Assembly: GCA_965235115.1 (NCBI GenBank)
Contig: OZ249437.1
Coordinates: forward strand, 18,662,001 to 18,726,000
DNA length: 64,000 nt
Reading direction: 5' to 3'
Origin: Laetmonice hystrix
Taxonomy: Eukaryota
Part shown: positions 1 to 11,400 of the stretch, one piece after another
Layout of the letters: every line of letters begins with the position of its first letter
Position numbering within the stretch: the first letter of the stretch is position 1
Position numbers and translations under genes: made by a program
The notes under the pieces: model-generated
Told to the model about the DNA's origin: nothing
Database searches by the model: none
Seen by the model: only the letters and a program-made list of their open reading frames with translations

Positions 1-1900
1 TGGAGGATAGTAAACGTATGCACATGTAGTATACCGTCTGCCCACATTCAATCATTGTAAATGATAAATCCTATCTAATAACAGAGCTGGAGCTGAGAAA
101 ATGTCGCTTTCATTATACGTGTAACAACAAAGGTGACAAATAAACAAGTCTGCTACATGTACAAGTCTTCATGGTGCCATTTCGTGAAAACGATGGAACA
201 TAGATCGTAAGTGGACAGGGAAACTGGGCGTCCGTCTTTGACGTCAGTCTGTGACTTGGTCACTTGTCAGTCACCTTGAAGGTTTGAAAGTTAGCCGGAG
301 TCGGTAACCATTGAGGCTATACACACAGTGTCGTATTGGCGGGGTCGAGGGCGCATGAAACAAACTAATAACAGGAAAATATGTATAATATGTAATTTCT
401 TAACGAGGGCTAACCATCGGGCAAGTCCCCTTCAAGATTTTTAAAATACACCACTATCCATGTATGGAGGTCAGTGACACACAGGGTGCTTACGTATCCG
501 GTCCGCCCCTCCCCCCGCCCCCCCCCCCCAACACACACACTTCAAGGCACTCGCAAGACTACACCATTCTTGGGACACGTACGAACCATTGCACCCCCCC
601 CCCCCACACCCACACCCACCCACACACAGTTCTGAACAAATCAATACAGCTGAATGAAAACATCAACGATACTAGATCTTTTTAATGTAACGACATGAGA
701 TAACTAACATTTTTATGTAACGCGAGTTGACGTAATATCCTATGTACTGTCTTGATATAACCAAGCCAATATTTATTATTATACAATAGTATCTGTTGTC
801 ATCATACGTAGCTAGTAGTCGGCAGTGCAAGTGCATCGATATGTTAAGTGCATCAACGATCGATATTACATCCATGCTGGATCCTCTGTTAGAGCACATT
901 GCATGAGTATCCGCCATTTCATTGGGCGGCGGGTTTATACATCCAGTTCAGTCTATAGTAAGGATATTGGTCAGGGCTGGAGAGATCCACTTTGAGAACA
1001 CATGTCAATCTCTTGTGGTCAACCTCATAACTTAGCTCACGTCCCTCCGTCTGATCCAGGCCCTGTCTTGTAGAGAGCATCCAAATGATCCAAGTTTGCC
1101 AGTTACTCCGATTTAGCCTTCACAAAATGTCAGGTCGGAGGGTTGCCTCTCAGTAGACCTATACACATACCCAATCCGAATCAAAACGGTTCTTTATATT
1201 ACTGCTTTATGTAGAATAACTTTTTCTTGGAAAGGTACAATCCCCGCCTTGGCAAGCAATATTTCTGTTTAAGTTTGCCGGCGAAGCGTGCCCGAAACTG
1301 GGGTCTGCCCTTTGTGAGGAGGTCCTAGACCGAAGTGACATCTGGTGGTAGCAATCCACAACGATATGATCCAGATCCACAACGATATGATCCAGATCCA
1401 CAACTATATATGATTGACAAAATCAAAACAATTTAAAAAAAAAATTTCTAAAAGGCAAGGCTCACCGCCAAAGTTAAAAATGTGGAGTGAATCATTCGTT
1501 TAAAATAAATTTTTCACTTTGGAAATCGTATACAGGCCTCAGAAAAGGTGAACCTTTTGAGGCTGCTCATCCAGTTACTATATAATGACATAAGTGTCTG
1601 TGCATGGAGCAGGCTAATACACGGCATGGATCTATCTGAGTCTGCAGACGACGAGGCCTACCTTGCAGGCGGCATATAATTATGTGCATAAAGGCTCTTT
1701 GTGCAGCGCTAAGATTGAGCACTCCAATCGAAATGACCCTGTTTCAGCCATTTGAGGATGTAAGTGATATGGATTATAGCAGTATTACGTGCTCTCCCAG
1801 TGCTATTTCTACCTACTACAGTCCTGCACCGAGTCAAAATTCTGTTATCATGACGTCACCCGCCCCACGAGACCCATAACGTAGCAGTAGTAGGCCTAAT

Positions 1901-2840
1901 GTCACCATGGAAACAGTGTATATGTGACCAGTACTTCCGATCAGATCCGTGGATGTCAGGGTTGTAGTAATAATATACTGGGCGGTAACCATGGAAACAG
2001 TGTTTATGTGACCAGTACTTCCGATCAGATCTGTGGATGTCAGGGTTGTAGTAATAATATACTGGGCGGTAACCATGGAAACAGTGTTTATGTGACCAGT
2101 ACTTCCGCTCAGGTCCGTGATGTCAGGGTTGTAGTAATAATATACTGGGCGGTAACCATGGAAACAGTGTTTATGTGATCAGTACTTCCGCTCAGGTCCG
2201 TGGATGTCGGGGTTGTAGTAATAAAATACGGGGCGGTAACCATGGAAACAGTGTTTAGACTCTATGTGACCAGTACTTCCGATCAGATCCGTGGATGTTA
2301 GGGTTGTATTAATAAAATACTTGGCGGTAACCATGGAAACAGTATCCATGTGACCAGTACTTCCGATCAGATCCGTGGATGTTAGGGTTGTATTAATAAA
2401 ATACCTGGCGGTAACCATGGAAACAGTATCCATGTGACCAGTACTTCCGATCAGGTCCGTGGATGTCGGAGTTTTGGTTGTAATGATATACCGGCAACTA
2501 TGGAAACAGTAGATCTATCCATGTGACCAGTACTTCCGATCAGGTCCGTGGATGTCCGGGTTTGGTTGTAATGATATACCGGCAACTATGGAAAAAGTGT
2601 CCATGCGACCAATACTTCCAGTGACGTCCGTGGATCCGATGTCAGGGTTGTAGTAATAATATACCGGGCGGTAACCATGGAAACTGTATCCATTCCGGTC
2701 AGGTCCGTGGATGTCAGGGTTGTAGTAGGCCTAATAATATACCGGAAGCCATGGAAACAGTGTCCATGTGACGAGTAGTACTTCCGCTCAGGTCTAGGGA
2801 TGCCGGGGTTGTAGTTTACCAGTAACCATGTTAACAATGT
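1901..2840. repeat. ~84-bp minisatellite, ~11 diverging units
   Basis: Unit gtaaccatggaaacagtgtttatgtgaccagtacttccgatcagatccgtggatgtcagggttgtagtaataatatactgggcg; degenerate continuation to ~2960. Confidence 0.95.
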
Positions 2841-3144
2841 TCATGTGGTATGTATGAATTATGGGCGGTGTTTTTTCTATCAGGTTTGTTGGCATCAGAA
2901 TTGTTGTAATCGTAACGATGGAAACGTTTTGTCAGTGTGGTAGCCTCTTTCTGATCAGATTCACGTAATCCATTTAGATCAAATTGTACGATCTTGGGAT
3001 AACATGACGACGAACGCTGTCAATGTAGCCAACCTGTACTCGGAGTTCGTATCGTCAGGCGTTTACTAGCACTAGCACACGTTATATATAGCTTTCATGG
3101 CATAAACCGTACATCCCACGCTCCATCAGGTAGGTATAGCTTAC

Positions 3145-3225
3145 TCCGAAGAAAACCTTTTTTGTATCCGGTTGGAGATATAATCTCCACGTGATATGGA
3201 ATTGCATATAAAGTAGATTTGACGA
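3145..3225 (-). CDS. Candidate downstream exon (V)VKSTLYAIPYHVEIISPTGYKKGFLR
   Basis: Strong donor GA|gtaagc, 81 nt, phase 1-1, open; acceptor is weak and lies in the last unit of the 62-bp array. Confidence 0.25.
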
Positions 3226-3701
3226 CTGTATTGAGCCGGAAGTCTTGGTGCCTCCGTCGTGTATTTGATATAAAGTAGATTTGACGACTGTATTGAGCCG
3301 GAAGTCCTGGTGCCTCCGTCGTGTATTTGATATAAAGTAGATTTGACGACTGTATTGAGCCGGAAGTCTTGGTGCCTCCGTCGGGTATTTGATATAAAGT
3401 AGATTTGACGACTGTATTGAGCCGGAAGTCTTGGTGCCTCCGTCGTGTATTTGATATAAAGTAGATTTGACGACTGTATTGAGCCGGAAGACTTGGTGCC
3501 TCCGTCGTGTATTTGATATAAAGTAGATTTGACGACTGTATTGAGCCGGAAGTCTTGGTGCCTCCGTCGTGTATTTGATATAAAGTAGATTTGACGACTG
3601 TATTGAGCCGGAAGTCTTGGTGCCTCCGTCGTGTATTTGATATAAAGTAGATTTGACGATTGTATTGAGCCGGAAGTCTTGGTGCCTCCGTCGTGTATTT
3701 G
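3206..3701. repeat. 62-bp minisatellite x8
   Basis: Unit tataaagtagatttgacgactgtattgagccggaagtcttggtgcctccgtcgtgtatttga. Confidence 0.97.
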
Positions 3702-4043
3702 GCCCCCGTAATTTACCCTTCACTACTCGCGGTGATTGATGGTTGGCTGTGAACACAGTTTATAATAACATCGGGTCGTCCCTCGGTGCTGCCCCCTATC
3801 TGTGCCACGACCCCTGTACCTCGTGATGACCTTGTCCGTGAGATGTGACCTTTCTGTTAGGTCCCTCTCACAACGCGCCCCACCTTTTTGTTATCATCGA
3901 CCATTATCTGAAAAACGAAAATCACGAAAGTTACTATGGATAATCAATACGGGGAAAATAATGTCCTTTAAAGGCACCGTACTTTGTTAGAACAATCTGT
4001 CACAGTCTACATACCCTAACTGCAGGCGTACCATTACCTTATC

Positions 4044-4060
4044 TTAGTTTTTACCAAATT
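4044..4060 (-). CDS. Candidate terminal coding exon start (E)FGKN*
   Basis: Good acceptor cctcttttttacag| and an in-phase TAA; no domain support. Confidence 0.2.
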
Positions 4061-4388
4061 CTGTAAAAAAGAGGATGCTTTATGGAAACAGCAATACCTG
4101 TAGGCCTTACACGCTGCAGACGGTAAAAACGACTTTGGTACCAGAAATTAACTCCCTGTACGTGGTACCGAAAGTTTCCAGATTATCATAAGATTCGCTT
4201 TCAGGGGAAAACATGCTCTGTGATCAACAGTAACTTTAGAATTCCAAAAAGTCCTGGAGTATCGGGTCATAATTAGTAATATTAATGGATACAGGGAAAG
4301 TCAAGATTGGAACAATAAAAATATTATATCGGTGAACAAATTATTTTAAACAAACACTGACAGAAGCAATTCACCCCTCTTAAAAAAT

Positions 4389-4440
4389 TACATTATGACG
4401 TATCTACATTATGACGTATCTACATTATGACGTATCTACA
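4389..4440. repeat. 16-bp tandem repeat x3
   Basis: (tacattatgacgtatc)3. Confidence 0.9.
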
Positions 4441-5262
4441 GCTCATTCCGACAGCATGACAGCCAGGACCAGCTCTTCTTACGAAAATTAGGTGTCAAAC
4501 ATAGTGAAGCGCTTCTGCCTTGACCTCATAAACAGGGGTTAATCAGAAGTGGGTCTCTCCTTGTCGCTTACCAAGACGATGTGCTGCATTTAACATGTAT
4601 TCTTCAATGTGCACCTTTGTTTACAGAATCAACCAAACCATATAAAAGTTATTAGGTAGGTTATAGGACTGGTTTGACAGCGCGAGATTATATCCAAGGC
4701 ACACATACATACATGTGTTGTATTTTTAATCAAACATAGGATGTGGTCATTATGACAGTGGTGCCTGGGTATATGACACCGGTTACAACATAGAGCACAC
4801 AACAAAGATATTTCGGCTATACCCGGATTCTGTTGGATCGATCTACAAAACAAGAGCAATCATTCGATGTGGACAAGGCATTGGTAGAATTAACAGGACC
4901 AGTTTGTGACACCATTTATGAAGGTCAGCTAAAGGGGCATAGCGACCTCTATATTACAAAAAGTACTATATAAAGTTGGCATGTAACGGTAAACCGACGT
5001 CACAGACGTGTGACAATTATTGTAGGTCTAAGAAAATGTCAGAAATACCTGACCTGAGAGCTGGTTCCGGTTTTAAGACCAGTAAATGCATGTGCATGGC
5101 TTCAGGTTAACGGTAGTACATGTTTACATTATAGAATTATTATACAAATGTAGGCATACTCATCTTGATCTGTCCTTTACATCATTAAACATTACTGGAA
5201 AATAAAGGGGGCCTTAGGTTATGACAGTCATGTAAAACTACAGATTGATTCCATGAACGCAC

Positions 5263-5418
5263 CTCCGGCTCCTACTGGTATCTCACAGTTTGCACCCCGG
5301 TACCCGGTGGAGCACTGACAGGAATAACGATAGTCTCCATCCACACAGAGACCATCATTCTGACACGGACTGCTTTCACACTGGTCGGCCGTGTCCAACA
5401 GGGGCGCCTCCTTCATAC
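5263..5418 (-). CDS. Exon 23: short linker + EGF5 ([44 protein letters not shown])
   Basis: tgttccag| acceptor, AG|gtgcgt donor, 156 nt, phase 1-1. Confidence 0.85.
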
Positions 5419-8400
5419 CTGGAACATACACAGACAACGGTAAAACACATATTCCGGTAAAAACAAAGGTTATAGTGCTCAACATACACAAACAAAGGTA
5501 AAACACATCATATTCCGGTAAAAACAAAGGTTATAGTGCTCAACATACACAAACAAAGGTAGAACACATCCTATTCCGGTAAAAACAAAGGTTATAGTGC
5601 TCAACATACACAAACAAAGGTAAAACACATCGTATTCCGGTAAAAACAAAGGTTATAGTACTCAACATACACAAACAAAGGTAAAACACATCATATTCCG
5701 GTAAAAGCAAAGGTTATAGTGCTCAACATACACAAACAAAGGTAGAACACATCCTATTCCGGTAAAAACAAAGGTTTGTGCTCAACAAACACAAACAAAT
5801 GTTGGAGTTTTTATAACTCTTGATCATGTACCGCGATAACGTCGAAATAGATAGGCCCAAATCGAAAAGAGTGATATGTTCCACAAATAAAAATTGACCA
5901 AAAGTTTTTAAGACATATTAAATCGCTGTGTCTTACCTTTGCAGATAGCATCTCTCAAGTCATGCGCAATGTCGACCAAGGCGTCAAAGTCCTCGGCTGC
6001 AAATACGTGTTTGTCATTATTAGTTATCAACTTGAGTTCATCAAAGTCTTCGATGCCGATACCGACGGCGAAGAACTGTGTTCCTTTGGAGCGGGCAAGG
6101 TTCGCCTCAACAATCGTTTGTTCTTGCTCTATTGTTGAGTAACCATCAGCCAGGAGTACCCCGATGTTTGGAACGCCAGGCCGGTCACCCCTTCCACGCT
6201 GGAACATTTCGTCTCTCATGGCAGCCAGAGCGGCAGCCATGTTGGTCTGACCATGTTGGTACGTCACAGACATGATGGCCTTGGAGAGTGTTGTCAGTTT
6301 ACGGTGATCCTCGAGGTGGAAGGCGATACGAGCATGCGTACTGAACGTCACCAACCCCACCCGGGTCCGACCATTGTTGATACCGATCAGGCGGGCCATG
6401 TGTGCAACAAATGATAACGTCTTCTCAAAGTGGGTCTGGGTGACACTGCCGGACGAGTCGACCAGGAAGATGATGTCCGCTTCCGTCGTACAGCCTGGAC
6501 CTGAAATATGGCAAAGGTGAGCAACCCCTTTCTGGTCCAGAAATTCACAGGTTATCCCGAAAAAAAGGAGTTTAAAACTTTTTTTACGAAGGCCACAATT
6601 GAGTATAGTAGTAGCCATATTGCCTTGTATTGATTGGCTTGATTTTTTTGGTCACCGGTGCCTACCGTCCTGTATAATGGGTTATGGTGGGGTATGGTGC
6701 CTACCGTCCTGTATAATGGGTTATGGTGGGGTATGGTGCCTACCGTCCTGTATAATGGGTTATGGTGGGGTATGGTGCCTACCGTCCTGTATAATGGGTT
6801 ATGGTGGGGTATGGTGCCTACCGTCCTGTATAATGGGTTATGGTGGGGTATGGTGCCTACCGTCCTGTATAATGGGTTATGGTGGGGTATGGTGCCTACC
6901 GTCCTGTATAATGGGTTATGGTGGGGTATGGTGCCTAACGTCCTGTATGGTGGGGTATGGTGCCTACCGTCCTGTATGGTGTTGTATGGTGGGGTATGGT
7001 GCCTACCGTCCTGTATGGTGTGCCCGATCCGTGGTTGGTCGTGTAGAGTGGGTTGATCTCTCGGTTTGCAGATCCTATCCAGTATCTGATCAGTGATATT
7101 GACGAGGTCCACGTACCGCTTCAGTTCCCACGCGTGATGTTTATTAGAAACAACTTTGAACAATTCTTTGTTTGAATTCAAGTTGATTCCGACGCCGAAG
7201 ATCTCGATTCCTTCTCTTTGTGCCTGAAAATCCAGATGATTTATTCGTCATTTTCGTTATGACAACAAACGGTACCATGATAGAAAAAACAAAGGACGTC
7301 CAGTTGTAATGTCGATAAATTTGGATAAACTGGTCCATTCTACAGCAATAGGGATTCGTATCCATCGGCAAAAGATCATCCGCACGCCTAAGAATGTGGT
7401 CGTAAATACCGTATACACTCCGATGAACATAGACTCGCTATACAATGACTAGAATGACCGTGCTAAGAATGTGGTCGTAAATACCGTATACACTTCGATG
7501 AACATATATAGACTAGCTTTAAAATCACAAGAATGGCCGTCCTAAGAATGTGTTCGTAAATACCGTATACACTCCGATGAACATATAGACTCGCTATACA
7601 ATGACTAGAATGACCGTGCTAAGAATGTGGTCGTAAATACCGTATACACTTCGATGAACATAATATTATAGACTAGCTTTACAATGACAAGAATGGCCGT
7701 CCTAAGAATGTGTTCGTAAATACCGTATACACTCCGATGAACATATAGACTCGCTATACAATGACTAGAATGACGGTGCTAAGAATGTGGTCGTAAATAC
7801 CGTATACACTTCGATGAACATAATATTATAGACTAGCTTTACAATGACAAGAATGGCCGTCCTAAGAATGTGTTCGTAAATACCGTATACACTCCGATGA
7901 GCATATATAGACTCGCTATACAATGACTAGAATGACGGTGCTAAGAATGGCTGACCTTGCGGGCCTCCGGGATAGTTCTCTGTGGTAAGATGTTGGCCAC
8001 TCCATCCGTTAACATGAGTGCCACGTTCCGAGCGTCCTCCCTGTCACCGTGCCCAAAGTCAAACACGTCTTCTCGCATGATACGGATGGCCTCGGAGGTG
8101 AACGTGCCACCCCTGTGATACGGTACCCATTCCAGGGCATGTAGTACGTCTTCACCTGACCAACACAAGTACAATAACTGACGTCAGGGACAGCGAACTA
8201 TGGCAAGTACAATAACTGACGTCAGGGACAGCAAGCTATGGCAAGTACAATAACTGACGTCAGGGACAGCAAGCTATGGCAAGTACAATAACTGACGTCA
8301 GGGACAGCGAACTATGGCAAGTACAATAACTGACGTCAGGGACAGCGAACTATGGCAAGTACAATAACTGACGTCAGGGACAGTACAATAACTGACGTCA

Positions 8401-11400
8401 GGGACAGCAAGCTATGGCAAGTACAATAACTGACGTCAGGGACAGCAAGCTATGGCAAGTACAATAACTGACGTCAGGGTCAGCAAACTATGGCAAGTAC
8501 AATAACTGACGTCAGGGACAGCAAGCTATGGCAAGTACAATAACTGACGTCAGGGTCAGCAAGCTATGGCAAGTACAATAACTGACGTCAGGGACAGCAA
8601 ACTATGGCAAGTACAATAACTGACGTCAGGGAGAGCAAGCTATGGCAAGCCATTTTAACGTTATCTCGCTAGTTACTGCATGACATCACTGAAAGAATTG
8701 ACGTTATCAAAAAATAGAGGACTATTTCAACTAAGGCGATTTTTCTTACGACGTTACGCCGATCGAGTTATCAGCGATTGGATTGAAGATATCAAAAACT
8801 GAACTTGAAATGTCACTTAGTGAAGAAGCGAAGTTAGAATGACCTTTGGGATGAGAATGACATACATACGTGTGAGATAGGTATCTAGGTAGAATCTGGC
8901 TACTGCATGATTACTGAACGTGACGACAGCCACCCGCGTCTTTCCCGAAGCGAACTCCAGGGGGCGCGTCACATTCTGTAGCCACTCGAGAGCGATGGCG
9001 AAATCCCGCTCACCGATACTATTAGACGAATCGAGGAGGAGGGTCAGGTCTATCGGCATCGTGCAGTCTGAAGGGAAAGTACATATTTCTGGAGACATGG
9101 GGAGAATGAACTATATGGGGTGGCATTCCATCAGGACACTATAGTAAAAACCTAAATCTAAGCCATGTGTAGATCTCGTAGATCCCTACCACCCCATCTT
9201 GTGAACCCAAAGACTCTGAGACCCTGGGGCACTGTGCACATTTTCCCCAGAAACAAGACCTGTTTAAGAAACAGATAGCTATGCGTCTAGATGCGTGCCT
9301 TCCTTGTAATAGGCTGATTGTCGGGAACGCTAGTCACGGTGGCCTGATTGGTTGACGTGGATCACGCCAAGTTCTTGACGCGAGAACTGCCGCGAGACGT
9401 CAGCGCGAGGACGGGACTGGAGCGTTCTTACCTGAGCAACGTTCTCTCTCAGTCTGTCCATCACTATAGAGTCTATAGTCGGAATGCATACGTACCCCGT
9501 TCACAGTGGGGTCCTGAGAACCCGTCAGCACATTCACATGTGTACTTCCCAACACCATCAATACACTGTCCGTCATGTTTACACGGATTCTTGGCGCACA
9601 GGTCAGCATCTGTATGCAAATGAAATCAATTAAGTTATAGGTTAGGTCCTGAAGGATAACTCGTGGCTAAAATAAAAACTATGTTGGGAGGTAAGTCTGA
9701 GAGCTACAGGTTTCTGTACCCACATACAATATAGATTCCAGACACTAGAACTTTCACTTTATTCTGCGCAATTTCGAGACACGGAAACCGGGGACCAATG
9801 GTGAGCGTCAGGGATTTTTATCAAGCAGCTTAGACAAATATCAGACGATACCAGGTATGGATCCAGGGGTTTTCAGAGAAAATATAAGTGTAGAAATTTA
9901 TTTGGTCGGGGGGGGGGGCTAAGCCCAGAATTGCCTCCCCCTCCCCCACCGGATCCACTATGTTGAACGCCATGGGTTAATGTCACGTGTTCAATGTCAC
10001 GTGTTCAATGTCACGTGTTCAGTGTCACGTGTTCAGTGTCACGTGTTCAATGTCACGTGTTCAGTGTCACGTGTTCAATGTCACGTACCATGGACAACGT
10101 GGTTGGACCGACAGTGGACCGTTACCAGGACTGTTACCTTCACAGAGGGCGGCCACCACCTTGGGGGTCAGTCCTGAGAGTTCATCGAACGTATTCACAA
10201 GGAATGTATTCTGTTTGCTGGGCTCGCTGGCCATGGCGTATACCTCGTGTAGGTTACTCAGTCCAATCCCGATACTGAAGATATGAATGCCGTCATCCTT
10301 GGCCTTGTGAGCCTCCGGGATGGTTCGCCAGTTGTGGATGTTGGAGATGCCATCAGTGATGACGATAGCGAAGTTCTGTACGCTCGGCCTGTCACCCCAG
10401 TCTGACCGGAACACGTATTGTCGAGTGATTCGTAACGCTTCCGATGTGTACGTGTCTCCGTATCGGTACGGTGTAGTCAGGATGCCGCGTTTTACACCAA
10501 CCAGCGAATCGTATCTAGTGAAGAAGGAGTCAGGCTTTACATGAAACTCTCCAAGGTAAAAGACTTACAATCAGGCCCGTAACCAGGATTTCAAAGACAT
10601 CTACGTCGTTGGACCTTTCTGGAGGACTTATTACTGAAGAAAAAGTGGGCCTTCAAGGAGGAAATTGATCTATAGCCATATTGACCATATTTTTCTTAAT
10701 GAAAGGAGGTTTTTCACACAGTTTTGTGGATAAAAAGTGGCGATTTGGCACGGGCCCATTTGACCACTGAGTTCGCAATGATTGTCGATAATCGTACCTG
10801 TCTAACGGGAAGATCATATAGGCCCGGGAACTGAAACTGACCAGCCCGACCCTGGTGGCGTTTTTACCGATGTTTAGATCGTCCACGATGGCTGTCGCAA
10901 ACCGTAACATTTTGGCAAAGTTCTCCCGACCGACACTGCCAGACGAGTCGAGGATGAAGACCAAGTCCGCCATCGCATTGCAACCTGGGAATTACAAGGA
11001 GGAACCGTGAGGAATTCGGCGCACATTGGGCGTAAGATGGCGCACATTGCGGGCTATGGACCAATGACAGCGTTATGAACAAACTGGATGAAATTCTGTG
11101 GACATGCTTTGGTAGCAATTCGACCAGACAAGTCCTACGCCGATAACTAGACCCTGATATTGATATAACCACGTAGAGGCGGTCCTATACATGTATCCTT
11201 GACGTGATACGACCAGGGAAAGTCCTATATTAGATCTACACCTTGGTGGTGATATGACCAGAGAAAGTCCTATGTCTACAGCCAGGTTGTGATATAACCA
11301 GAGAAAGTCCTATATCTACAGCCAGGTTGTGATATAACCAGGGAAAGTCCTATGTCTACAGTAAGGTTGTGATATAACCAGAGAAAGTCCTATATCTACA

